Below, one piece after another: positions 31,856-41,227 of a DNA stretch of 64,000 nt (the stretch's first letter is position 1; each line of letters opens with the position of its first letter). Source of the DNA: an uncultured Nitrospiraceae bacterium (GTDB lineage Bacteria > Nitrospirota > Thermodesulfovibrionia > Thermodesulfovibrionales > Dissulfurispiraceae); NCBI GenBank assembly GCA_963705105.1, contig CAVPIW010000006.1, forward strand, positions 352,001 through 416,000. The letters run 5' to 3'. A program made the translations under genes and the position numbers. Under the pieces are notes generated by a model. The model was not told the origin of the DNA. It was given only the letters and a program-made list of their open reading frames with translations, and made no database searches.

Positions 31856-33250
31856 CTATGCAGACTCCCTGACGGGGGGTACATGGATAGCTTGTCCGTG
31901 CAGCATCTGGGCGACCTCCAGCAGCGATTCCGACAGTGTCGGATGGGCGTGGATGGTCTCCATGATGGTCTGCGCGGGCAGTTCCGCACGCATGGCCACG
32001 GCAACTTCCGCGATGAGATCTGCGCCGTGAGGGCCGATAATGTGGGCTCCGAGGATCTGGTCCGTTTCTTTATGAACGATGATCTTCACCATCCCTTCGA
32101 GCTCGCCCATGGCCTGAGCCATGCCGAGGGACTTGAGCGGAAAACGGCCGACTTTGACGGGATATGCCGCTCCTGCCTCCTCTTCGGACATTCCAACCGC
32201 GGCATACTCCGGCAGGCTGAACACACAGCGGGGCACGACACGATAGTCCATTTTGCTGCCGAGCCCGAGCGCATGTTCGGCGGCGCAGATCCCCTCCGCA
32301 AATGCCACATGGGCCAGCAGCCAGCCGCCGATCACGTCGCCGGCGGCATAGATCTCCGGATTGCCTGTCCGCATATGCCCGTCGACCACGATCCGGCCAC
32401 GGTCCATGGCCACACCGAGTTCTTCCAGACCGATCCCCTCAGTGTTGAAGCGCCTGCCGACGGCCAGCAGTATAGTGTCCGGCGCAAGCTGCGTCCCGTC
32501 CGAAAGCCGCACGGCAAAGCCTTCCCCAGTTTCGTCCACGGACTCGACCGTTACGCTGCACTGGACCTTTATCTTGCGCCTCGTCAGGAGAGTGAGCAGA
32601 TATGCGGCGATCTCGCTGTCTTCGGAAGGCAGAATGCGATCGAGAGCCTCGATGAGTGTCACCTGGCTGCCCAGTTCCCGGAAAATGGCGGCCATCTCCA
32701 CACCTACGGCGCCTGCCCCGACGACCAGGAGCTGTCCGGGGATATACGAGATATCGAGCATCTGGTCGGCCAGGAAGATCCGGGGGGTCGTAGGAAATAC
32801 CGGAAGACCGGCAGGATGCGAGCCCGTGCAGACGACAACCTTTGACGCCTTGACGAGGGCCGTTTCTCCACCCCGTTTGATTTCGATTGCGCCGGTCCCG
32901 GACAGTCGGCCACGACCCTCGACCAGTTCGATGCGGTGAGCCTGAAACAGCCTTTCGATACCTTTTCGCAGCCCCGTCACCACCCGCCGCTTTCTGGCGA
33001 TGATGGCTTCAATATCCGGAACCGCATCAACGGCCTTGAAACCGTATTCCTGCGCTCGCCGCAGAGCCCGGCCCGCTTCGGCAGAGGCGCGCACCGTCTT
33101 GGTCGGGATGCAGCCCCAGTTAAGGCACACCCCGCCCACATACTTTTCCTCAATGACCGCAACTCTGGCGCCCAACTGAGCCGCCCGGACGGCGCCCTGG
33201 TAACCGGCCGGCCCGCCTCCCAGAAAGGCAATGTCGTATTTTTCTTGCAT
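31856..33250 (-). CDS. lpdA: Dihydrolipoamide dehydrogenase
   Basis: GGGPAG, GGVCLNWGCIPTK, GAGAVG.E, HAHPTLSE. Confidence 0.94.
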   Translation of the reverse strand: MQEKYDIAFLGGGPAGYQGAVRAAQLGARVAVIEEKYVGGVCLNWGCIPTKTVRASAEAGRALRRAQEYGFKAVDAVPDIEAIIARKRRVVTGLRKGIERLFQAHRIELVEGRGRLSGTGAIEIKRGGETALVKASKVVVCTGSHPAGLPVFPTTPRIFLADQMLDISYIPGQLLVVGAGAVGVEMAAIFRELGSQVTLIEALDRILPSEDSEIAAYLLTLLTRRKIKVQCSVTVESVDETGEGFAVRLSDGTQLAPDTILLAVGRRFNTEGIGLEELGVAMDRGRIVVDGHMRTGNPEIYAAGDVIGGWLLAHVAFAEGICAAEHALGLGSKMDYRVVPRCVFSLPEYAAVGMSEEEAGAAYPVKVGRFPLKSLGMAQAMGELEGMVKIIVHKETDQILGAHIIGPHGADLIAEVAVAMRAELPAQTIMETIHAHPTLSESLLEVAQMLHGQAIHVPPVRESA

Positions 33251-33266
33251 GAGCCTCCCTCCCTTC

Positions 33267-33490
33267 ACCTTATCGTTGCAGCACACTGCCAGGAAAGGCG
33301 GGGCTGGGGTGAATGCGCCGAAAACCTTGCTGCGGCGACACCTGTATCAAAACAAAAGACGAACTATAAGCCTATGGTTGATGACACAAAGAGTGGAGTC
33401 CTGAAACACGAAGCTGATGATGCGTATCGTCGCCTTCGGCAAGGCTTTGAGGCGCTTCGCCCCGCCTTTTCATGCAACCAGGGTTTACCC
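33267..33490 (+). repeat. Repeat family 1, copy 5 (subtype A), between osmC and lpdA
   Basis: Near-identical to 61465-61687; abuts the lpdA SD. Confidence 0.95.
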
Positions 33491-33588
33491 TTACAGGAAG
33501 GGTTCTTCCCCCCGGAGGGACGGAGAGAGGTAAAATTTTTTTTCTCCGGACACCCCGTGCTCTCCCGGGTGAAGCGCTTTGTTTCGTA

Positions 33589-34035
33589 CTAATGTCCCGC
33601 CTCAGATTCCCCGCTCTCGATCACAATGGTCGGCTCAATGACAAGGTCGCACTTGAGCGATTGGTTGATCGTCGAATACTTCAGCGACAGGTCAAGGGCA
33701 CGCTGGACGACTTCCCGCGGTTTGTTCTTCACCACAAGTTTGGGATAGAGAGTCACCCTCTTGAACCAGGACGTCTTGTCGATGAATTCCTCGACCTCGC
33801 CCTCGGCGTCGCACACGAAAGAGATCATGTCGATCTTGAACCGCTCCACGGCCCAGATGACCATCATATGGTAGCACATATTGGAAGCCGCCATGAAGGC
33901 ATCTTCAGGGGTGAGTATATCGGGTAGGCCGTGAAGATCGGGAGGAGCCGAAAAACCCATCTCGACACCGTTCTGGCACCATGTGTGCCCGAGGTGTTCA
34001 CCTCGCCATTCCACTTTATTCCTGTAAACCGGCAT
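33589..34035 (-). CDS. OsmC/Ohr-family protein with the resolving Cys replaced by Ser
   Basis: G....TPE..F.A....C; C-terminal KYSTINQSL where KYC.I..SL is expected. Confidence 0.8.
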   Translation of the reverse strand: MPVYRNKVEWRGEHLGHTWCQNGVEMGFSAPPDLHGLPDILTPEDAFMAASNMCYHMMVIWAVERFKIDMISFVCDAEGEVEEFIDKTSWFKRVTLYPKLVVKNKPREVVQRALDLSLKYSTINQSLKCDLVIEPTIVIESGESEAGH

Positions 34036-34047
34036 CTGCTTCTCCTT

Positions 34048-34458
34048 TTACTCGCTCAGAATGTCATCGACCGCCCTGGCGATTTCTTCCGCCACCACCT
34101 GTGCGGCGGCCTTCTCCTCCGGCCGAAGGTTGCGCAGGCTGGTCGGCGGGTCAATCCCGTGCTTTTTCAAGATTTCGGGAATGACCAGGGAGCGGGCGGG
34201 TTTACCCGAAAGCTTTTCGGTGCCCTTTTGGGCGCAGAGCTTTTCGCAGCCGTCCACTGTGATGGTTGGGTAGTTGGCGGCGAACTCGCGCTCTTCCTTG
34301 CCTCCTGCGATAAACAGGGGGAGGCAGATAGTCACCGTTTCGCCGGGCCTCAACTCTTCCAGCACCTGGCGGCATGCCAGGCGAGACAGCGTCCCCCCGG
34401 GAATCGCCTCGCCGCTGCACGAAACGATACCGACCTTGAGAACTTCGAGAGTCATCAT
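34048..34458 (-). CDS. DGC-domain putative Zn-binding protein
   Basis: CSG, C, T.DGC..LCA. Confidence 0.85.
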   Translation of the reverse strand: MMTLEVLKVGIVSCSGEAIPGGTLSRLACRQVLEELRPGETVTICLPLFIAGGKEEREFAANYPTITVDGCEKLCAQKGTEKLSGKPARSLVIPEILKKHGIDPPTSLRNLRPEEKAAAQVVAEEIARAVDDILSE

Positions 34459-34871
34459 GCATCCTCCCCGGCAGCCAGATCGTCCACGACGCTCGCCAGT
34501 TCATCGGCCGCCAACGCAGCAAGTCGGTGTCCGACGTCATCCAGCTCGGCGATGCCGCCTGGTTTGAGATCCTTGTGCGCTTTGTAAAAGTTGATTGCCT
34601 GGTACGTTCTGGCGGCTTTCACGCCGTGAGCCTCGACGCTCTTTCGGGCACAGCTCTTGGGACAACCGTCAATGGTCATCACGGGGTTGTCCGAGATCAG
34701 GCGTATCGCCTCGGGGTCCTCGATCACCAGGAGCGGCAGGCAGGTGGTGGCTACAACGCCGGGTCTTACCCGGTCCACCAGCTCATAGGTCGTCTCCCTG
34801 GCCAGCGCCCCGTAGACTTTGCCGATGCCGCTGCAGGGGAGGACCACGACCTTCTTGGTTATTCCGGTCAT
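34455..34871 (-). CDS. DGC-domain putative Zn-binding protein
   Basis: PCSGIG, CL, IDGCPKSCA. Confidence 0.85.
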   Translation of the reverse strand: MTGITKKVVVLPCSGIGKVYGALARETTYELVDRVRPGVVATTCLPLLVIEDPEAIRLISDNPVMTIDGCPKSCARKSVEAHGVKAARTYQAINFYKAHKDLKPGGIAELDDVGHRLAALAADELASVVDDLAAGEDA

Positions 34872-35318
34872 TTTTTCTTCATCTCCTCGGCGATTTTTTC
34901 CTTCATCAGTTCGAGATAGTCTTCCGCCTGAAGCAGGTTTCTGCCGTCGGTCCCCAAATCGTCAAGCCGGATTTTATAAATCCAGCCGGCGCCGTAAGGA
35001 TCTTCGTTGATCAGATAGGGGCTTGATTCCAGTTCCTGGTTGACGTCGACCACCCTGCCCGAGACGGGCGCCAGAATCCCGAAAGTAGCCTTGATAGTCT
35101 CGATTTTTCCAAGTTCCTGGCCCTGTTTCACGTCCGTTTCTTTTTCGGCTGTTTCCAGAAAAGCGACGTCGCCTCTGGCCTTCTGGAGAAAATCTGCTCA
35201 CACCGACCGTCGCTACATTGTCCTCAACCCTGGCCCAGAAATCATCACGGCTGTAAAAATAGCCCTGTTTCACCCGGAAGACGAATTTGTCGTATGTCGT
35301 TTCAAGAAAATCACTCAT
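34868..35318 (-). pseudogene. gcvH: Glycine-cleavage H-like lipoyl carrier with +1 frameshift near 35195 (pseudogene or sequencing error)
   Basis: ..W.RVE..VATVGVS|DFLQK..GDV.. restored by removing one base; lipoyl Lys in ETIKAT; APVSG, N.DPYG.GW. Confidence 0.85.
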
Positions 35319-35332
35319 AGACCCGCTCCTTT

Positions 35333-35674
35333 TCACGCTGTCAGGATCTTCCCGACTTCCTTCAGGATCTTGCTCACCTGGATGCTTCCCGCAAACCTCG
35401 GTTCGCCGTCGATGACGACAAGAGGAGGAGGGAATTTCCGGCTCACCAGCAGACGCCCGGCCTCCGTTTCCTTTTCTTCCGGCGAGTTGCTCAAGTCGAT
35501 CAGCTCCGTGGCGGTCTTCCCCGGATAGCGCGCCTCAAGTGTCTCTTTTAGCTCGGTGCACTTTTGCAGAAGGGCCTTTGCGTATTCCGGGCCGCGTGGC
35601 GTGGAACTGCAGGTGCAGCCGCCCCCAACGCCGGGCAGATCAAGGATTTTCACTGTAATGAAGTTCTTGGCCAT
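35333..35674 (-). CDS. Small thioredoxin-like hypothetical protein with CxC
   Basis: GGGCTC near the N-terminus, PLVVIDG; SD GGAGG. Confidence 0.65.
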   Translation of the reverse strand: MAKNFITVKILDLPGVGGGCTCSSTPRGPEYAKALLQKCTELKETLEARYPGKTATELIDLSNSPEEKETEAGRLLVSRKFPPPLVVIDGEPRFAGSIQVSKILKEVGKILTA

Positions 35675-35703
35675 GTGCTTTCCTCCTTTCAAACCCTTCG
35701 GAG

Positions 35704-36048
35704 TTAAAAGCCCAGGGGCTCCCAGGATTTGAAGATGTTCACCTCGTCGCCGGGATTCGGTAGGCCGGCAATCTTCCAGGCCTTCACGGGGTCCATGAAG
35801 TTTTCCGTCACGCAGTTGCCGGGCTGATGGATGTTCTTGCAGACGGCGCGCAGGATCGGGAAGAATTTGTGCTCACGATAGTAGGAGCGGATGAACGTCA
35901 GGATGTCCAGGCTGTCCTTAGACAGCCTCCCGATGCCCTCGCGGCCTGCCAGCACTGCTGCAACCTTTTCGTTCCATTCCTCGAAATTGACGAGGAAGCC
36001 CGCATCATCGACTTCGATCTTTTTTCCTTCAGCCTCAATAATTGCCAT
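35704..36048 (-). CDS. DsrC/TusE-family protein lacking the C-terminal cysteine(s)
   Basis: D..GFL....WN..VA..LA..EG, KIAGLP.P; ends WEPLGF. Confidence 0.85.
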   Translation of the reverse strand: MAIIEAEGKKIEVDDAGFLVNFEEWNEKVAAVLAGREGIGRLSKDSLDILTFIRSYYREHKFFPILRAVCKNIHQPGNCVTENFMDPVKAWKIAGLPNPGDEVNIFKSWEPLGF

Positions 36049-36083
36049 GTCTCAACCTCCTGATACGACGCGTTGTCCTGTTT

Positions 36084-37019
36084 TTATGTCAGTATGCCCC
36101 TGACGATAATGTCCACCGCCTCCTCGGGTGTCAGTCCGTGGGCCATGAGGGTTTCCATCTGCCTCTTGTCGACGCTCCCGATGGCCGCCTCGTGGGTCAC
36201 CTTTGCAAGCGGATTTGTAACGGTAACGATGGGGATGGCTTTTGCCACGGCCCTGTCCCTGACGATCTCCATGCAGTCCACATGACCCCTGGACCCCGCG
36301 GCCCTGCCCTCGGTAATCCCCGTGATTTCGGCGACGGCGTCATTTTCGAGAGCCACCCTTGTCTTGATGAGGCTCCGCGCGTTGACGCCTGATAGAATTA
36401 CTTCCTCCCGAATTATGATGCGGTCATCGGCATGGCCGAAGACCCGTGCCGTCATCTCGACGATGCTCTCATCATCCAGTTCGACCCTGTAATCGATGTC
36501 GAGATGTCCGACCCTTCCGGTGATGAGCGAGAAGTCGCTCGTATACCTGGCCCTGGAACGGACCCGCACCCTCGCTTTTGGAATGACGTGGACCCCGCCG
36601 TAGGGCCCATGGAAATGGGCCTCCGTGTATTTCATCTCAGCGCCGTCCCCGACGTCGACGTCCCCGTCCATCAGGTGTGTGACCCTCTTCGCCGCCGGGA
36701 AGAAGCAATGGGCGACGAAATGAGCGGACGATCCCCGTTCGAGGCGGATCTTCGGGATGATCCTTTGCATACCTTCTTTGTGGAGAACACCGAAACAGAG
36801 GTGAACGGGATTTTCGATCCTGACGTTTTCCCGGACCGTCACATCGGCCGATATGCCGTCGGCCAGCGTCTCTGTCCTGACGACGAGGCCTTCAACGGTC
36901 CGGGCGCTGAGTATCTTATTCCCGTCGGCGACGAGATGGGCCACCCTCTCATTTCCGAAGACGGTCCTGTCCTCCCCCGATTTCTGGAGGGCCTTCAGAA
37001 AATGCTCGATCTTAGACAT
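36084..37019 (-). CDS. sufB: SufB/SufD-like subunit (minimal SUF, SmsB)
   Basis: PVHLCFG, RGHVDC.EIV, VTHEAAIGSVD. Confidence 0.85.
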   Translation of the reverse strand: MSKIEHFLKALQKSGEDRTVFGNERVAHLVADGNKILSARTVEGLVVRTETLADGISADVTVRENVRIENPVHLCFGVLHKEGMQRIIPKIRLERGSSAHFVAHCFFPAAKRVTHLMDGDVDVGDGAEMKYTEAHFHGPYGGVHVIPKARVRVRSRARYTSDFSLITGRVGHLDIDYRVELDDESIVEMTARVFGHADDRIIIREEVILSGVNARSLIKTRVALENDAVAEITGITEGRAAGSRGHVDCMEIVRDRAVAKAIPIVTVTNPLAKVTHEAAIGSVDKRQMETLMAHGLTPEEAVDIIVRGILT

Positions 37020-37728
37020 ACACGCACTCCTGCCCAGTACAGATGAGACACTGTCGCGATTTGTAGAACTCGGCCACCTTGAGGGGATTCCCGGTGCAGA
37101 TGATCTTTCCTCCGCAGATCTGCGAGGCCCTGTCGGCGATCCTCACGATCTCCTCCCTGTGAGTGATGAGGAGGACCGATGAGCCCTTGTCCCGGAAGGC
37201 CCGGAGTACATGAAGGATGTCTCCCGTCGAGAGCATGTCGATGCCGGAATCGGGCTCGTCAAGAACCGCCAGGCGCGGCTGCAATGCAAAGATTGACGCC
37301 AGTTCGATTCTCTTTCTCTCTCCGCCGCTCAGGCACTTGTCGACCATTCTGTTGAGGTAGAGAGCGGGGTGGAGACCCACAATCTCGAGGGCCTCATCCG
37401 GATCGACGTCCTCCCTCCCGAGAGAGAGGTAATTGCCGACTGTGATGCCCTCGAACCGTGCCGGCTCCTGCCACGCCATGGTAATGCCGAGTTTCGCCCG
37501 CTCGCTGATCGTAAGGTCGTTGATCACATGCCCGTCGAAGAGAATCTCTCCGCTATCGGGCTTGTAGCCCTCGCAGCCCATGATGAGGTATGCCACGGTG
37601 CTCTTTCCCGTCCCGTTCGTCCCGAGGAGGGCGTGAATCTCACCCTGCTCGACGGTAAGATCAAAACCGTCAAGGATTTTCCTGGTTCCGGCGGTAAATG
37701 TGAGATCTCGCAAATCGAGTAACTGCAT
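37012..37728 (-). CDS. sufC: SufC-like ABC ATPase with C-terminal Cys motif (SmsC)
   Basis: GTNGTGKST, LSGGERKR, DEPDSG, C-terminal CLIC....C. Confidence 0.85.
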   Translation of the reverse strand: MQLLDLRDLTFTAGTRKILDGFDLTVEQGEIHALLGTNGTGKSTVAYLIMGCEGYKPDSGEILFDGHVINDLTISERAKLGITMAWQEPARFEGITVGNYLSLGREDVDPDEALEIVGLHPALYLNRMVDKCLSGGERKRIELASIFALQPRLAVLDEPDSGIDMLSTGDILHVLRAFRDKGSSVLLITHREEIVRIADRASQICGGKIICTGNPLKVAEFYKSRQCLICTGQECVYV

Positions 37729-37744
37729 TGTCCCTCTCCCGCTC

Positions 37745-38488
37745 CTACTGATGTGGAGTGTTCTTATAGTCGTTGTCTCTTCTCTTCCCCAGGTCCTTGC
37801 AGACGGGGTCGGGCCAACGGTAGTCCTGTATCTCATTGACGATGAAAGACCCGGTGAGCGGGCTGTTGACCATCCTTTTCGCATAGGCCCACTGGAGTTC
37901 CTGGAACGCATCGATGTCGGCGGGGGTGAAGTTCCCCGATTCGATCTTTTTCATCCGGGCCTTCACTTCCTTCGGATATATCTCGGGATTAAGCTTGATG
38001 TGCAAGGTTTTGCCTGTCGAGACCTGCCTGACATAAAACTCGCTTTCGGACAGTGCATTGTCGATTATATGGCTGTTAAACCGTGCCCTGGCGCCGGTAA
38101 GGTAGGACGCAACGTCGGCGCCGCAGGCCGAGTTATTCGAGACGATGCGCAGGTCGGTGCGGTCGATGATGCCGTCGGGATAAAGCCTGTCGAAGGCCAC
38201 CCTGAGTGCCGAGGCGCTCTCCACGAGGCCGCCGCAGAAATGACCGTGGAACTTTATCAGGTCCTTGAGAGTGATCGTCTTGGTCATCGCGGCATACCGT
38301 CCATACTTGTTCTCCGTGTCCCTGACCCTGAAAACCGGCGAGTGGGGCGCAGCGCCGAGCCATTCCGGGAAGTACCAGTCGGTCCCGCTGTCGACAGAGG
38401 GCTTGCCGCCATTTCCCTGCCCAACCTCTGAGAAGGCAGCAGGGACGCACAGCAGCAGAATAATTAAAACCAGGAGTACCCTTTTCAC
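37745..38488 (-). CDS. Exported FmdE/FwdE-family protein
   Basis: Signal peptide, FHGHFC.G, C..D. Confidence 0.75.
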   Translation of the reverse strand: MKRVLLVLIILLLCVPAAFSEVGQGNGGKPSVDSGTDWYFPEWLGAAPHSPVFRVRDTENKYGRYAAMTKTITLKDLIKFHGHFCGGLVESASALRVAFDRLYPDGIIDRTDLRIVSNNSACGADVASYLTGARARFNSHIIDNALSESEFYVRQVSTGKTLHIKLNPEIYPKEVKARMKKIESGNFTPADIDAFQELQWAYAKRMVNSPLTGSFIVNEIQDYRWPDPVCKDLGKRRDNDYKNTPHQ

Positions 38489-38497
38489 ACAATCCTC

Positions 38498-40135
38498 CTA
38501 TATCCTTGCATTGTTTGCATGTTCCCGTCTCTTGGACACCAGTATGATCACCGATGAGACGATCAGCGCCCCCGCGAGCAGGGCAAGCGAGATCAGGACA
38601 TTGTTCAGGAGTGCGGGGTTAAAAAGGAGGACCGCACCCAGCCCGAGCATCATCGTCCCCGACAGGAGTTTCAGCACTCTGCCCTGCCACTCCGTCAGCT
38701 TTTTCCTGCCGAGGGTGACTGTGAAAATCGCCACAATGACGGAGAGCGGGACAATGTAGACGATGTTGTAGAGGACGAGATAGAGGTAGTAGCTCACCGG
38801 CGAAAGTTCGTTGAGTGTCAGTATGCGCGTGAAGACCATCGGGAACCCTGCTGTGCACAGGAGTTCGTAGGAATTGGCGGCGACGGCGAGCACGCCCGTC
38901 CCGAAAAGGATCGACGGTGTCGACGTTGACTTCATGAGCTTCCTCATCCTGTCGAAGAGTTTCGGCTTCGCGCTGTCGGGTATCGTCAGGGAGACCCCTT
39001 TTCCGAAAGCGAAGAAGTCCTTCATATTGACGGCGGCGATGGCGATGGAGACCGCCCCGGCGATGGTGGTGATAAACGCCACATGTCCCATGAAGAGGAA
39101 GAGGTTGAGCCACGCCGACATGAAGAGGAAGTAGATGAAGCCTGAGAAGAAGACGAAGACGGCGCCGATGAGGAACATTTTACCCCGCGACCGGGCATGG
39201 ACGAGGAGGCCCAGGAGAGAGAAGAGGACGAAGAAGGCGCAGGGGTTGAAGCTGTCGAGCCCGGCGATCACGACAGTCATGACGGGGAGGGACATTTTGG
39301 CGGCATCGACCCTCCCGATGAAGGGGACGTCGATGATTTCGTCGGCGATCTCAGATCCGGCCGGGGCGGAACCTCGCCCGGCGTCACGGTCTCCCTGCGG
39401 CCCTGTCACAGCACCTGAGTCAGTCGTCCCCTGACCGCTCTGGAGGCGCCGGAGGAGGTCCATCCTGTCGAGGGGGTCGATGCATTCCGTCCGGGCACAC
39501 TTCTCAAAATAGGACTGGAGCTGTTCCTTCGAGCGCTCGTTGAAACCCACAATCGCGTATTCACCGAAGAACGTGACGGGCACACCCGTATTTTGCAGGC
39601 CGTAAGACTTCGCCATCTCCGACAGCAGGAGTGCCTTCTCCTTGTCATACCAGACCTCATGGCTCTTCACCGTCATGCCGGGGAACTTCTTCTTCATCTC
39701 GTCGAGGAACGGTTTTTCGTCGGCGCAGTGGGGGCAGCCCTTGCCCCAGAAGAAATGAACGACAAAGGGCTTCCGGCTCCGGTCCGCCACCGGGGCGCTT
39801 TCTTTTGCTCTTTTCGGCTCTTCTGCGCGTGCGGGTGTCTGCGGCCCTGATGTATCACCGGCTCCCGGCTTGCCGTCCGGAGGGACGGGCACAATGATCA
39901 GCGGAGTTTTCGCGGGATTGATAAGGTCGCCTGAGCCCGCTTCCCCGCAAGCCTGATCGCTAAGGGAACTGTCAGGGCATGTGCCGTCGGGCTTCGTCGC
40001 CCCCGAGGAACAGGGCGTCCACATCAGGAGCGCGGCGAGAAGGACGAGGAGCATGACCGTGAACGCTTCCGGCCTTGCCGGGATAGTATTTTTTTTCGCG
40101 GAATATGCGATCGATAGTTGTGTCGTCGTGATCAC
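38498..40135 (-). CDS. Thioredoxin/glutaredoxin (CPHC) fused to a CcdA/DsbD-like transmembrane domain; start uncertain
   Basis: GCPHC, DSFNPC, ELLCTAGFP, multiple TM helices. Confidence 0.8.
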   Translation of the reverse strand: MITTTQLSIAYSAKKNTIPARPEAFTVMLLVLLAALLMWTPCSSGATKPDGTCPDSSLSDQACGEAGSGDLINPAKTPLIIVPVPPDGKPGAGDTSGPQTPARAEEPKRAKESAPVADRSRKPFVVHFFWGKGCPHCADEKPFLDEMKKKFPGMTVKSHEVWYDKEKALLLSEMAKSYGLQNTGVPVTFFGEYAIVGFNERSKEQLQSYFEKCARTECIDPLDRMDLLRRLQSGQGTTDSGAVTGPQGDRDAGRGSAPAGSEIADEIIDVPFIGRVDAAKMSLPVMTVVIAGLDSFNPCAFFVLFSLLGLLVHARSRGKMFLIGAVFVFFSGFIYFLFMSAWLNLFLFMGHVAFITTIAGAVSIAIAAVNMKDFFAFGKGVSLTIPDSAKPKLFDRMRKLMKSTSTPSILFGTGVLAVAANSYELLCTAGFPMVFTRILTLNELSPVSYYLYLVLYNIVYIVPLSVIVAIFTVTLGRKKLTEWQGRVLKLLSGTMMLGLGAVLLFNPALLNNVLISLALLAGALIVSSVIILVSKRREHANNARI

Positions 40136-40142
40136 CGGAGCC

Positions 40143-40850
40143 TCATTCGATGAAGGGGAGCAGGGTGGTCGCTCCCAGGTACAGTCCCGCGCCGACAAGG
40201 ATTGCCCCGCTGAGACGCTTTGAATAGAGCGAGAAGTTCTTCAACCCTCTTGACGCGACGATGCTCTCCGTTATACCGACAGAGAGCCCTGCCGCAAAAA
40301 TAATGGCGCAATGGGCGACGGCGTAGACGAAAAGCAGGGATGCCCCGTAGAGGATGTCGCCCTCCGTCGAGACATAGGCGAGGATGACGGCGAGCACCGG
40401 CGTGGCGCAGGGAGACGAGACGGTCCCCGTCAAAAGCCCGAGCAGGAATGCTCCGATCAATCCTCTTGCTTTGACCTCCCTCGTTTTTTGAAAGGGCAGG
40501 GGCACTGCGATCAGGCCTGTCATGTGAAGTCCCATGAGAACAACGAGGATCGCGAGGCCGATATACAGCCATGTACCGGTCATGGCAAGGAACTGTCCCA
40601 TGAATGACGCTGCGGCACCCAGGGCCGTGAAGGTCAGGGAGAGGCCTGCGACGAAAACGAGCGAGAACAGGGCGGCCCTTTTCCGGTCTCCGCCGGAGTA
40701 GCCACCGACGTACCCGATGATGAGAGGAATGGCGGCCAGCACACAGGGGCTTGCGGCAGAGAGGAGCCCTCCCAGGAAGACCGCCGCGATCGCCAGTCCC
40801 TGCTGGTTCTGAATAAGGGCCTGCACGCTGCCGAGCAGGTTGTCCATCAC
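40143..40850 (-). CDS. ccdA: CcdA/DsbD transmembrane electron transporter
   Basis: SPC..A.IP and SPCATP motifs, about 6 TM helices. Confidence 0.88.
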   Translation of the reverse strand: MMDNLLGSVQALIQNQQGLAIAAVFLGGLLSAASPCVLAAIPLIIGYVGGYSGGDRKRAALFSLVFVAGLSLTFTALGAAASFMGQFLAMTGTWLYIGLAILVVLMGLHMTGLIAVPLPFQKTREVKARGLIGAFLLGLLTGTVSSPCATPVLAVILAYVSTEGDILYGASLLFVYAVAHCAIIFAAGLSVGITESIVASRGLKNFSLYSKRLSGAILVGAGLYLGATTLLPFIE

Positions 40851-41227
40851 AGCCCGGCCTTTTTCAGCACAGGGACGATGTCCTCGTAGGGATAATAACC
40901 AAAATGGCGGTGGAACTCCTTGCCCTTCTTATCGAGGAAAACCTGTGTCGGTATCATGAAGACCTGGTATTTCCTGCCCGCTTCCCTGTCCACCTTCACA
41001 TCGATAAAAAGGACGTCCAGTTTTCCCTGATACTGCTTCGAGAGCTTGTCCATCACCGGCTTCATCTGCTCGCAGGGAATGCAGCCCACTGACCCGAGCT
41101 CGAGCATCACCATCCTGCCTTCCTTCTGGGCCTTCTTCAGGGTGTCATCGAGCTTCGCCGCTTCCCCCTGCGTTATCAGGAGCAGGACGCAAAACGCCAT
41201 GAAGAGGCCCGACAGCAATCTGTTCAT
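40847..41227 (-). CDS. Exported thioredoxin
   Basis: Signal peptide, CIPC, IPTQVF. Confidence 0.88.
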   Translation of the reverse strand: MNRLLSGLFMAFCVLLLITQGEAAKLDDTLKKAQKEGRMVMLELGSVGCIPCEQMKPVMDKLSKQYQGKLDVLFIDVKVDREAGRKYQVFMIPTQVFLDKKGKEFHRHFGYYPYEDIVPVLKKAGL

